Source of the DNA: a bacterium | GTDB lineage: Bacteria; CLD3; SB21 | Reading direction: 5' to 3' | Length of the DNA stretch: 64,000 nucleotides | Assembly: GCA_013360215.1 (NCBI GenBank) | Contig: JABWCP010000010.1 | Span: 1 to 64,000, forward strand | Shown here: one piece after another, positions 9,999-19,538 of the stretch | How the letters are laid out: each line of letters opens with the position of its first letter | Position numbering within the stretch: the first letter of the stretch is position 1 | Made by a program: the position numbers and the translations under genes | Notes under the pieces: generated by a model | The model's input: the letters and a program-made list of their open reading frames with translations, nothing else | What the model was told of the DNA's origin: nothing | Database searches by the model: none

Positions 9999-11249
9999 AT
10001 GGCATCTGAAGCAGAAAAAGTAGATTTATCTTCGCTCCGTATTCAACGCGAGCCTATGAAATTTGATCCAGAAGACAAACGCTCCTCCGGTAGTTTAGTC
10101 AAATGGGCGCTGATCGTCATTGGCGTCGTAGCCATCGGGTTTATCGGCTATGTATCGCGCAATATGTTCAAATCAACACCGGTCGTGCAATTGACCACCG
10201 TAGCATTTGTAGCACAGGGCAGCGGTGGCGGCGTTCTGACGGCAAGCGGCTATATCGTGCCGCAGCGCAAAGCGTCCGTCGCTTCCAAGGGCACCGGTCG
10301 TTTAGTGTTTCTTGGCGTCGAAGAAGGCGACCGCGTCCAATCGGGTCAGGTCATTGCACGTTTGGAAAACAATGATATCCAAGCCGGACTCGAACAAGCC
10401 CGCGCCAATTTGCTCGTCGGTCAAGCGCAGGTCGAACAAACTGAAGCCGATCTGGAACGCGTGAAACGCAACTATGAACGAAATGAAACATTACTCAAAA
10501 GCAATGTCATTACCGATGCAGATTTTGAAATCGTTCGCGCCGAGTACCGTTCCGCACAGGCACGCGTGAATTCGGCCAAAGCCGGCGTAGCCGCGCTTCA
10601 AGCCGGGATCCATGCGACGGAAGTGGAATTGGAAAATACGATTATTCGTGCCCCGTTTGATGCAACGGTGCTTACCAAAAATGCCGACGTCGGTGAAATC
10701 GTAGCGCCGTTTGCGGCCGGAGCCAATTCCCGCGGCAATGTTGTGACACTGGCTGATATGAGTTCGTTGATGCTCGAAGCCGATGTTTCTGAATCCAACA
10801 TCGAGCGCGTAAAAATCAAACAGCCTTGCGAAATCACGCTGGACGCGCTTCCGGAAAAGCGTTACCGCGGTGAAGTTTGGAAAGTCGTTCCGACGGCCGA
10901 TCGTTCCAAAGCTACGATTTTGACCAAAATACGATTTATTGATATTGACAATCGTGTTTTACCTGAGATGAGTGCTAAAGTCAATTTTCTCACCGAAGCG
11001 ATCAGCGACAGCGCGATGCAAGCCAAACCCAAACTGATGGTCAACACCTCCGCCGTCGTCGAACGAAACGGGCGTAAAGTCGCATTGAGTGTGGTCAGCG
11101 GAAAAATCCGCGCGATCCCCGTAATGACCGGTGAGCGTAACGGAAATAAAACCGAAATCGTAAACGGTCTCACGGCCGGCGATAAAGTCATTGACAATCC
11201 CACCGCCGATCTGAACGACGGCGACACCGTAACAACAGAACAAAAATAA
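9999..11249 (+). CDS. Periplasmic adaptor (MFP, HlyD/MacA family)
   Basis: N-terminal TM, V.EGD.V..GQ.IARL, coiled coil, IRAPFD; precedes the ABC ATPase. Confidence 0.92.
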   Translation: MASEAEKVDLSSLRIQREPMKFDPEDKRSSGSLVKWALIVIGVVAIGFIGYVSRNMFKSTPVVQLTTVAFVAQGSGGGVLTASGYIVPQRKASVASKGTGRLVFLGVEEGDRVQSGQVIARLENNDIQAGLEQARANLLVGQAQVEQTEADLERVKRNYERNETLLKSNVITDADFEIVRAEYRSAQARVNSAKAGVAALQAGIHATEVELENTIIRAPFDATVLTKNADVGEIVAPFAAGANSRGNVVTLADMSSLMLEADVSESNIERVKIKQPCEITLDALPEKRYRGEVWKVVPTADRSKATILTKIRFIDIDNRVLPEMSAKVNFLTEAISDSAMQAKPKLMVNTSAVVERNGRKVALSVVSGKIRAIPVMTGERNGNKTEIVNGLTAGDKVIDNPTADLNDGDTVTTEQK

Positions 11250-11283
11250 AACATACATTATTCACTAAACCCGAGAACCAATT

Positions 11284-11955
11284 ATGCCCGGATTAGTAGA
11301 AATTCAAAACGTAAGCAAAGCGTACCAACGCGGCAGCATGAGTATTCCTGTGCTGCAAAACATCAATCTTTCCATTGCCGACGGCGATTTCATGGCGCTG
11401 ATGGGACCTTCCGGTTCCGGTAAATCCACGCTGCTCAATCTGATCGCCGGTATTGATAAACCGACGCAAGGATCTATCATCGTCGGCGGTACGGACGTCG
11501 CTTCGCTCAGCGAATCGGCTTTAGCTAAGTGGCGTTCCTATCACGTGGGATTCATTTTTCAGTTTTACAATCTTATGCCTGTCCTCACGGCCTATGAAAA
11601 TGTGGAACTGCCGTTGCATCTGACCAATCTTTCTAAAAAAGAACGGGATGAACGTATTCAAAAAGTGCTCACCATCGTCGGTTTAGGCGATCGCATGAAA
11701 CACTATCCCAATCAGCTTTCCGGCGGTCAGCAACAGCGTGTGGCCATTGCCCGCGCGATCGTCACCGATCCTACGCTGATCGTAGCCGACGAACCGACCG
11801 GCGATCTGGACCGCACTTCGGCCGAAGAAATCATGACGCTCATGACGCGCCTCAATCAGGAACTGGGTAAAACGATCGTCATGGTGACGCACGATCCGCA
11901 CGCTGCCGAAAAAGCCAAAACCCAGCGCCACCTCGATAAAGGTACGTTGAGTTAA
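11284..11955 (+). CDS. ABC transporter ATP-binding protein (LolD/MacB-like)
   Basis: [41 protein letters not shown]. Confidence 0.96.
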   Translation: MPGLVEIQNVSKAYQRGSMSIPVLQNINLSIADGDFMALMGPSGSGKSTLLNLIAGIDKPTQGSIIVGGTDVASLSESALAKWRSYHVGFIFQFYNLMPVLTAYENVELPLHLTNLSKKERDERIQKVLTIVGLGDRMKHYPNQLSGGQQQRVAIARAIVTDPTLIVADEPTGDLDRTSAEEIMTLMTRLNQELGKTIVMVTHDPHAAEKAKTQRHLDKGTLS

Positions 11956-11994
11956 ATCACTTAAACCTTCGACATCCAAAACGGACATAAATAT

Positions 11995-13152
11995 ATGCTC
12001 TTCAAAATGATGTTACGAAATGCGTTGCGCCACAAGCTGCGTACGATACTGACGATACTCGGTATCGCTATCGCCGTAGGCGCGTTTGGCCTTTTGCGAA
12101 CGGTCATTACCTCATGGTATGCCGCCGTCGAAGCCGCCGCCGTGGATCGCCTTATCACACGGCAAGCCGTATCGTTTATTTTTCCTTTGCCTTACGCGTA
12201 TCGTGATCAGATACTCAAAGTACCCGGCGTGGAAAAAGTCGGATATTTCAATTGGTTCCAAGGCGTATACAAAGATAAATCGGAATTTTTCCCGCGCATG
12301 GCCTGTGATCCGGAAACGATATTTGATGTATATCCCGAGTTCCTCGTCACACCGGAGGAAAAAGCCGCATTTCAAAAAGAACGCAACGCGTGCGTCGTCG
12401 GCGCGGACATTGCCAAAAAGCATAATCTGAAAATTGGCGATGTAATGAGTATCGAGGGCGATATTTATCCGGGGCGATGGGAATTTGTAATACGAGCGAT
12501 TTATCAACCTAAAACGCCCGCGATTGACGCCACGCAAATGTTTTTTCATTGGACGTATCTCGACGAACGCATGAAACAAGATATGCCCGGGCGCGAAGGC
12601 AACGTCGGGTGGTACGCCGTCAAAATCAAAGACCCTAGCGAATCGGCCGCGGTATCCGAGGCGATTGATGCGATTTTCAAAAATTCCAACGCGGAAACCA
12701 AAACCGAAACCGAACGTGCTTTCAATCAAGGTTTTATCGGTGCGTACGGCGCCATCATCAACGGCATCAATATTATGGCGTTCATGATCATAGGGATCAT
12801 CCTTTTGGTGTTAGCCAATACGATGATCATGTCGGCACGCGAACGTAACCGCGAATACGCCGTAATGAAAACACTCGGATTCACGGGCAAACACATTTTC
12901 GGCGTCGTGACCGGCGAATCAATTATTATCGGCATTCTCGGCGGTATAGCCGGTTATGCGGTCACGTTGTTCTTTGTCGGCGCCTTTTCCGTTGCGGTTC
13001 CAAAAAACTTCTTCCCTGTTTTTATTTTAGCGGATATTACGGTGATTCAGGAATTCTCGTTTGCAGTGATCGTAGGTATCCTCGCGGGTATTATCCCCGT
13101 TGTTCAGGCGATTAAAACGGATATCGTGGACGGTTTACGCTACGTCGGATAA
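11995..13152 (+). CDS. ABC transporter permease (MacB_PCD + FtsX)
   Basis: RNALRHKLRT.LT.LGI; NTM.MS.RER..EYAVMKTLGF. Confidence 0.92.
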   Translation: MLFKMMLRNALRHKLRTILTILGIAIAVGAFGLLRTVITSWYAAVEAAAVDRLITRQAVSFIFPLPYAYRDQILKVPGVEKVGYFNWFQGVYKDKSEFFPRMACDPETIFDVYPEFLVTPEEKAAFQKERNACVVGADIAKKHNLKIGDVMSIEGDIYPGRWEFVIRAIYQPKTPAIDATQMFFHWTYLDERMKQDMPGREGNVGWYAVKIKDPSESAAVSEAIDAIFKNSNAETKTETERAFNQGFIGAYGAIINGINIMAFMIIGIILLVLANTMIMSARERNREYAVMKTLGFTGKHIFGVVTGESIIIGILGGIAGYAVTLFFVGAFSVAVPKNFFPVFILADITVIQEFSFAVIVGILAGIIPVVQAIKTDIVDGLRYVG

Positions 13153-13189
13153 CAATAGCAATTGTGGATTGAATATAAAGGAAACTATC

Positions 13190-14356
13190 ATGGTACCTAT
13201 CAAATATATCGCCGGCGGTTTTAAACGCAGAGCTTTGACAACCTTCATCACGATTGCCGGTATCGCACTCGTCGTATTTGTTTATACGGCTGTTCTTATG
13301 ATGTCATATGGTGTTGAAAAAACACTCGCTTCCGGCGGTTCCGAACGAAACGCCGTCATCGCACGCAAATCCTCGCAAGGCGAAATCTCAAGTATTCTCG
13401 ATGGCGAAACGATCAATGTCATCATGACGCTGCCCCAAATCGCCAAAGGCGCCGACGGTAAACCGTTGGCTTCGGCCGAACCGGTCGTCGTGATCAATCT
13501 TGATCGCGTTGGCGGCGGTATCAGCAATATAACCGTTCGCGGAGTCGAACCGACAGCCATAACTTTGCGACCCAATATCCGCATCACGGAAGGCCGTATG
13601 TTTAATACAGGTTCGCGTGAAGTGATCGTGGGTACCTCCGTAACGGAGCGTTTTATCGGTGCACGTATGGGTGATAAGATCAAGTTTGCCAATGACTACT
13701 GGACTATTGTCGGTATAATGGATGCAAAAGGCAGCGCCTTCGAATCGGAAGTTTGGGGCGATGCCCGACAATTGCAAGCCGCATTCAATCGCGGCAATTC
13801 GGCTTCTACGATGAATGTTCGTATGGCGGACGGAGTAACAATCGAAGAATTTAAACAGGCTTTTGAAAACGATAAACGCCTGTCGCAGTTTGAACCTAAG
13901 ACCGAAGTAAAATTTTACAAAGAACAATCCGAAGCGTTGGCCACATTTATCGTCGTGCTCGGAACTGCCATCACAATCATTTTTAGTTTCGGCGCCGTGA
14001 TCGGAGCGATTATTACAATGTACACGGCCGTGGCTAACCGCATCACGGAAATCGGTACGTTACGTGCGCTCGGATTTCGCCGTCGCAGTGTTCTGGGAAG
14101 CTTTTTACTTGAAACGATTTTTATCTCTTTGTCCGGCGGCGTGATCGGTGTGATCATCGCCTCCTTTTTGCAGTTTTTCAAGATTTCAACGATGAATTTT
14201 AATTCATTTTCTGAGTTAGCTTTTTCGTTTTCGTTATCGCCGGGCATTATCATCAATGCATTGATTTTTTCGACGATCATGGGTTTGATCGGTGGTTTTT
14301 TCCCGTCCATCCGCGCGGCACGTCTCAAAATCGTGGATGCATTGCGTAACGCATAA
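13190..14356 (+). CDS. ABC transporter permease (MacB_PCD + FtsX)
   Basis: TMYTAVANRITEIGTLRALGF, GGFFP..RAARL. Start set at ATG 13190 (AAGGA SD). Confidence 0.92.
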   Translation: MVPIKYIAGGFKRRALTTFITIAGIALVVFVYTAVLMMSYGVEKTLASGGSERNAVIARKSSQGEISSILDGETINVIMTLPQIAKGADGKPLASAEPVVVINLDRVGGGISNITVRGVEPTAITLRPNIRITEGRMFNTGSREVIVGTSVTERFIGARMGDKIKFANDYWTIVGIMDAKGSAFESEVWGDARQLQAAFNRGNSASTMNVRMADGVTIEEFKQAFENDKRLSQFEPKTEVKFYKEQSEALATFIVVLGTAITIIFSFGAVIGAIITMYTAVANRITEIGTLRALGFRRRSVLGSFLLETIFISLSGGVIGVIIASFLQFFKISTMNFNSFSELAFSFSLSPGIIINALIFSTIMGLIGGFFPSIRAARLKIVDALRNA

Positions 14357-14445
14357 TTTTTTGAAAATATTTTGTAAGAGTTATCTTGTTTTGTGAACAA
14401 TGAAGATACAACAACAGTATACTAACAACTAGAAAGGAGTTTGTT

Positions 14446-15702
14446 ATGTATCTTCATCGTATCTTTTTTGTGGCGGCTTTTTTACTTTTTGCAGTTTTTG
14501 GCTGCTATCGTGATCCTGGGGACGGGTCATCGCAACTTCCTCCATCGGGACCGCGATGGATCGAAGCAAACCTTTGGCGCATGGTGCTTCAACCGGACGG
14601 CCGGTGGGGTTATGATGTCACGGATGATGATCACGACGGTAATAGTAGTGGCGCCGAATTTCCAAAAAACTCAGGAAACTACGGTCTCTATGCGGGCGGA
14701 TTGATGGTCGGCGCATACAAAGACGGAGCACCGGTGGTTTTGGATATGAATTGGACAACCGAATTTACCGCTGGCAGAATTACCAATACTACGCCAACGT
14801 CGGTAGATCAACTGGAATATTCATCCGAAGACAATGCCCGTACTTATTTCATTACTTCCACCTCTCACCATGATTCTCCTGATCTACAAAACTGGCCTTC
14901 GGATTATGGCGGTCCTTGGGACAGTATATTATCAAAACCGACGTTAGTCTCCGATTTAGACACATGGGCTTCGGGTCACGATCTCCTTGCCGACTCTCTG
15001 AGCAATGAGGCGGGACAATCTTCCTTAGGTATTGAAGTACGTCGCATGACTTATTCCAAAACAGGTGCTTCCTGGGAAAACGCAACATTGATTCGTTTCC
15101 AAGTAGTTAATAAATCCGATCAAAATTACACCAATGCTTACCTTTCCTGGTGGGTTGACCATAATCTGGGTTCAACGGTAACCAATGATGCCGTTGGTAC
15201 AGATACAGTGCGCAATTTAGTTTATACATACAATCTCTCACCCGATGTCACATCCACCGGTAAACAGTATGCCGTCGGACACACGCTTTTGTACTTTAGT
15301 TCGAGCGGAATAAATTCAAAATGGAATTCCACATACGCCTACTATAACGGAAATGACCCCGTCGGACAAACCGAAAAATACCGAATACAACAAGGCGGGA
15401 TCAACCATAACAGCGGATTTTCTTTGGACAGTACAGTAACCGGAAGCGTAGGGGGAAGGTACGTTTATCCCGGCGATCCTGTTACGGGCACCGGCACTTT
15501 GTGCACACAGGGACGCAATGGGCGCCTTATAGGTAACGTCGGACCTTTTACACTTGAGTCGGGCAAGGTTTATGATATCGTCGTTGCCGTGATCGGCGGC
15601 GAAGGTACCGATCGTCTCAATGCCATTTCAGATTTAAAAACCAAATCCGATTTTATCCGAAGTGCATTTACGACTATATCTCCCAATATGAAATTGAAGT
15701 GA
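14446..15702 (+). CDS. Putative lipoprotein of unknown function
   Basis: Lipobox-like AVFGC, AAAGGAG SD, Ser/Thr/Gly/Asn-rich extracellular composition, GDPVTGTG and GPFTL motifs. Confidence 0.75.
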   Translation: MYLHRIFFVAAFLLFAVFGCYRDPGDGSSQLPPSGPRWIEANLWRMVLQPDGRWGYDVTDDDHDGNSSGAEFPKNSGNYGLYAGGLMVGAYKDGAPVVLDMNWTTEFTAGRITNTTPTSVDQLEYSSEDNARTYFITSTSHHDSPDLQNWPSDYGGPWDSILSKPTLVSDLDTWASGHDLLADSLSNEAGQSSLGIEVRRMTYSKTGASWENATLIRFQVVNKSDQNYTNAYLSWWVDHNLGSTVTNDAVGTDTVRNLVYTYNLSPDVTSTGKQYAVGHTLLYFSSSGINSKWNSTYAYYNGNDPVGQTEKYRIQQGGINHNSGFSLDSTVTGSVGGRYVYPGDPVTGTGTLCTQGRNGRLIGNVGPFTLESGKVYDIVVAVIGGEGTDRLNAISDLKTKSDFIRSAFTTISPNMKLK

Positions 15703-15819
15703 TGTTGATTTAGTCATAAAATTTTCGACAAAAACCTTTGTAGCAACTAATATCCTTGATTATCGCCGAACAAATAGTGATGTTTGTTCCATCAAAGCGA
15801 TAATCAGGGATATTTTTTT

Positions 15820-16173
15820 ATGCAACTGGATGGTACATGGCAGATGGTTTCTGCGGAATTAGCCGGCGGTGCTTTTGAAGACGAAGATGTCAAGGATATG
15901 CGACTTATCATCAAAGGTAATACCTACGAATCGCACGTCGGAAAAGATTGCGATAAAGGCGTATTGCGTATTTTTCATTATGACCGACCGATGGGACTGG
16001 ATGTCATCGGCACCGACGGACCCAACGCCGGGCGCACCATTTTCGCTATATTCGAAGTATCAAAGGAATCTCTCACGATATGTTACCAACTTGAGGGCAG
16101 TGCACGCCCTTTGCATTTTGAGACCAAACCCGGCACCATGTTGTTTTTAGTGCGCTACAAACGAACCGCCTGA
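15820..16173 (+). CDS. TIGR03067-like domain protein
   Basis: LDGTW..VSAE.AG, GPNAGRTI.AI..L...LTICY...G..RP..F.T.PG pattern. Confidence 0.75.
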   Translation: MQLDGTWQMVSAELAGGAFEDEDVKDMRLIIKGNTYESHVGKDCDKGVLRIFHYDRPMGLDVIGTDGPNAGRTIFAIFEVSKESLTICYQLEGSARPLHFETKPGTMLFLVRYKRTA

Positions 16174-16186
16174 AACGCATCCCCTA

Positions 16187-17371
16187 ATGAACGAGCACAC
16201 CCAGACACACACTTACATTGCTAAAACTTTTTTCGGCCTTGAACCTGTTTTATCGGACGAATTAAAAAACATCGGCGCCACACAAATCAAAACTTTAAAC
16301 CGCGCCGTATCTTTTAGCGCCAGCGAAGAAATAATGTACAAAGCCAATCTATGGCTGCGCACCGCGCTTCGTATCATCAAACCGATTCATGAGTTTAAAG
16401 CGATCAACGAAGAACAACTTTACCGCCATACGCAAAAAATGGATTGGTCGCAGTTCCTCGAACCCAAAGACACGTTCGTTATTGATAGTACGGCCCATTC
16501 CAAATTTTTGACGCATTCGCATTATGCCGCTTTGAAAGTCAAAGACGCCATCGTAGATCAGTTGCGCGATCAATTCGGCGAACGCCCGTCTATTAACGCG
16601 GAGAACCCCACACTGCGCATCAATCTCCACATCGCTCACGATGATGTTACTATCGGGTTAGATGCTTCGGGAAATTCACTTCACAAGCGCGGTTACCGCA
16701 CCGGTACTAATGAAGCTCCTCTCAATGAAATTCTGGCCGCAGGAATGATACTTTTATCCGGATGGGATCGCCGAGCGCCGCTGCTTGACCCAATGTGCGG
16801 ATCAGGTACGATCCCAATCGAAGCCGCTATGATTGCGCTCAATGTGCCGCCGGGTCATCTGCGTACTTCATTTGGTTTTTTTACATGGAAAGATTTTGAT
16901 CCGACATTATGGAAAAAAGTTCGAACCGATGCCGAAGCGCAGCGAGTCAGAAATTCCGATGTACGTATTTTCGGCTCAGATATTGATCGCGGTATTTTGG
17001 ATAAAACAAGACAGAATATCGTCAATGCGAAAATGGATGCGCACATTTCCATAGCGCCCAAATCCTTTTCGGATGTAACACCGCCCGCCACACCGGGTAT
17101 GATCATAACCAATCCCCCTTACGGGGAACGCCTTAAGCCTGCCGATTTGCAAACGCTTTATAAAATGATCGGCGACGTACTGAAAAAGAATTTTGCCGGT
17201 TGGGATGCCTGGGTCATCAGCGGCAATAAGGATGCGCTTAAACAACTCGGATTGCATCCATCTAAAAAACTTACCTTATACAATGGCGCTTTAGAATGCC
17301 GCTTTCAGAAATTTGCTATGTACCGCGGCAGCATTAAACAAAAACATCAGACACCAAACGACGAAAATTAA
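16187..17371 (+). CDS. rlmL: THUMP-domain class I SAM-dependent rRNA methyltransferase (RlmL/YpsC-like)
   Basis: AKTFFGLE, NLWLRTA.R, SLHKRGYR, APLNE.LAA, DPMCGSGT, TNPPYGER. Confidence 0.88.
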   Translation: MNEHTQTHTYIAKTFFGLEPVLSDELKNIGATQIKTLNRAVSFSASEEIMYKANLWLRTALRIIKPIHEFKAINEEQLYRHTQKMDWSQFLEPKDTFVIDSTAHSKFLTHSHYAALKVKDAIVDQLRDQFGERPSINAENPTLRINLHIAHDDVTIGLDASGNSLHKRGYRTGTNEAPLNEILAAGMILLSGWDRRAPLLDPMCGSGTIPIEAAMIALNVPPGHLRTSFGFFTWKDFDPTLWKKVRTDAEAQRVRNSDVRIFGSDIDRGILDKTRQNIVNAKMDAHISIAPKSFSDVTPPATPGMIITNPPYGERLKPADLQTLYKMIGDVLKKNFAGWDAWVISGNKDALKQLGLHPSKKLTLYNGALECRFQKFAMYRGSIKQKHQTPNDEN

Positions 17372-17466
17372 CCTTGTTTAACACACCGGGTTTGATATAA
17401 ATTTCCGCACCGTTCAATCATTCGCGTTTCAACGTTTAACAATTTTTCAATCATGGGAGCCTTATC

Positions 17467-18456
17467 ATGAAAAAGATCGGCATTCTTTTCGGTATGGAAA
17501 ACACGTTTCCGCAGGCCTTTGTGGGCCGCGTTAATTCCAAAAAAGAAAAAGGCATCACGGCCGAACTTGTTTCGATTGATAAAGTCATTCAGGGCGAACC
17601 GTGCGGATATGACGTAATCATCGATCGTATATCGCAAGATATTCCTTTTTATCGCGGTTACTTAAAAAACGCCGCGCTCAGCGGGACGGCCGTGATCAAT
17701 AACCCTTTTTGGTGGAGCGCAGATGAGAAGTTTTTCAATAATGCGCTTTCGATCAAAGTCGGCGTACCGGTGCCTAAAACTGTGCTTTTACCATCCAATC
17801 AGCATCCACCCGATACGACGGCACAATCCATGCGCAATTTGGCCTATCCTCTGGATTGGGAAGGTATTTTCAAATATGTCGGATTCCCGGCCTATTTCAA
17901 ACCCTTTGCCGGCGGCGGTTGGAAAAATGTGTACAAACTCAATAATCCTGAGGAATTTTTCAAAGCTTACAATGAGACCGGTACGCTTGTGATGATGCTT
18001 CAGGAGGAAATTATTTTTACGGAATATTTCCGTTGTTACTGTTTGGACGGAAAGGATGTGCATGTCATGCAATACGATCCGCGGCAACCGCATCACGCAC
18101 GATATGTCAAAGGTCCGAAAACTGATGCCGTAAAAAAACTCGAAGCTACCGTCGTAGATTATGTATTGCGACTCAATCAGGCTTTGGGATATGATTTTAA
18201 TACTGTGGAATTGGCTGTACGCGACGGGATTCCCTATGCGATTGATTTTTGCAACCCCGCGCCGGATGCTGATCTCAAGTCGGTAGGCGAAGATAATTTC
18301 GAATGGATTGTCGAACATGCGGCACAGATGGCGATTGAGCGGGCAAAAAATCACAAACCGGATCAAAACAATCTCACTTGGGGTACTTTTGTGAAATCTT
18401 TTGCAGCCGATAAACCGTTGATTTCTAGATCGCAACCGAAATCAAAGAAAAAATGA
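17467..18456 (+). CDS. RimK/glutathione-synthase-like ATP-grasp protein
   Basis: VIIDRIS, NNPFWWSADEKFF, FPAYFKPFAGGGWKNVY, MLQEEI, NTVELA, AIDFCNPAPD. Confidence 0.85.
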   Translation: MKKIGILFGMENTFPQAFVGRVNSKKEKGITAELVSIDKVIQGEPCGYDVIIDRISQDIPFYRGYLKNAALSGTAVINNPFWWSADEKFFNNALSIKVGVPVPKTVLLPSNQHPPDTTAQSMRNLAYPLDWEGIFKYVGFPAYFKPFAGGGWKNVYKLNNPEEFFKAYNETGTLVMMLQEEIIFTEYFRCYCLDGKDVHVMQYDPRQPHHARYVKGPKTDAVKKLEATVVDYVLRLNQALGYDFNTVELAVRDGIPYAIDFCNPAPDADLKSVGEDNFEWIVEHAAQMAIERAKNHKPDQNNLTWGTFVKSFAADKPLISRSQPKSKKK

Positions 18457-18488
18457 TCCTTAGTTCATCATCAAAAGGAGATTCAGCC

Positions 18489-18950
18489 ATGAAAGGCAAA
18501 GGTCGTATTTTATACTTCATTTTATTTTTTTGTGTGACAACTCTGTCTGCACAACAATCTGGAAGATTTGGTCTTGGTGTTATGGCGGGTGATCCGACCG
18601 GCTTGAGCGGTAAATACTGGACATCGTCATCCACAGCGTTTCAAGGAGCGGCTGCTTGGAGTGTTGTTGGAAACGACAAGAATCATATGATCGCTCAGAT
18701 TGATTTTACAAAACATAATTTTTCGATTTTTAATGTCTCAAAAGGCCGGTTACCTTTTTATTTTGGACTTGGTGGATACGTTGTTTTTGCAGATAAATTA
18801 GGCATTGGTGCTCGTGTACCGATTGGTATAGACTATATTTTTGCAGATCAAAAGCTTGACATATTTCTTGAAATCGCACCGACACTTAACTTGATACCAT
18901 CCACCTCGTTTACCGCCAATGGCGGGGTTGGGATACGTTATTGGTTTTAA
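18489..18950 (+). CDS. Small outer-membrane beta-barrel protein (DUF3996-like)
   Basis: Signal peptide, GLGVMAGDPTGLSGKYW, GARVPIG, C-terminal GIRYWF. Start set at ATG 18489 (AAAGGAG SD). Confidence 0.75.
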   Translation: MKGKGRILYFILFFCVTTLSAQQSGRFGLGVMAGDPTGLSGKYWTSSSTAFQGAAAWSVVGNDKNHMIAQIDFTKHNFSIFNVSKGRLPFYFGLGGYVVFADKLGIGARVPIGIDYIFADQKLDIFLEIAPTLNLIPSTSFTANGGVGIRYWF

Positions 18951-19016
18951 AAGACACCTAAGTCATAAGACTAAAATTCTCCGTCTTCTGTAAAAAGGCA
19001 AATTTTTATTTTTTAG

Positions 19017-19054
19017 AAAAAAGAAACCCCGCGCATCTTGGAATGCCGGGGTTT
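19017..19054 (-). terminator. Intrinsic terminator closing the small minus-strand operon
   Basis: Minus strand AAACCCCG-GCATTCCAAGATGCG-CGGGGTTT followed by CTTTTTT. Confidence 0.75.
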
Positions 19055-19209
19055 ATATCTGAGGCCTTGGCAATTTGATGGACTGTCCCATAGATCCACC
19101 TATCGCCTGTGGGTAATGAGGAGCGTTATTGATTGGGCCGCTGAGGTCCTTCATTGGAGATAGGGCGCTTTTGCGGTTTTGGCGTTAACTTTGAATTTGT
19201 CGGTTTCAT
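19053..19209 (-). other. Small ORF B: 27 aa as written (19126-19209), or 51 aa ending at the terminator if one base is skipped
   Basis: AAAGGAG SD, then MKPTNSKLTPKPQKRPISNEGPQRPNQ*. The overlapping +1 frame (SALSP)MKDLSGPINNAPHYPQAIGGSMGQSIKLPRPQI* stops at 19053-19055, at the base of the terminator. Confidence 0.5.
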
Positions 19210-19395
19210 AGCCCTACTCCTTTCTCTGTTGATTTTACTTTCTCTTTACGCGGAATCTCGCGCATTGTTTCGCCGACGGGTGTATTGATCGGCATACTTT
19301 GCAAGTCAACGCGCTTCTCCCAACAATCTACATGGTAATACGATAATTGGATGTGTCCGGTATCACGTCGGTTTAATTTTTTTTTTCTTTTTCAT
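19206..19395 (-). pseudogene. Small ORF A (62 aa) interrupted by +1 nt in an A10 run
   Basis: AAGGTGAT SD, ATG at 19395, A10 at 19377-19386. With A9 it reads MKKKKKLNRRDTGHIQLSYYHVDCWEKRVDLQSMPINTPVGETMREIPRKEKVKSTEKGVGL*, and its TGA overlaps the next ATG (ATGA). Confidence 0.6.
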
Positions 19396-19429
19396 ATCCG
19401 TATCACCTTTGCTATTTGCTTTATGTATT

Positions 19430-19445
19430 AGCATAGAGTGTGCCA
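19430..19445 (-). promoter_or_regulatory. Sigma54 (-24/-12) promoter
   Basis: Minus strand TGGCAC-ACTCT-ATGCT, with the exact GG-N10-GC spacing, 35 nt before ATG 19395. Confidence 0.65.
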
Positions 19446-19538
19446 GGTATATGAAAAATTATAACAACATGTTTTTTATGAAATGCGATATGCGCTCTGC
19501 AGCAAAAAAACTGTTATAAGTCGAATATTTAATATTGC

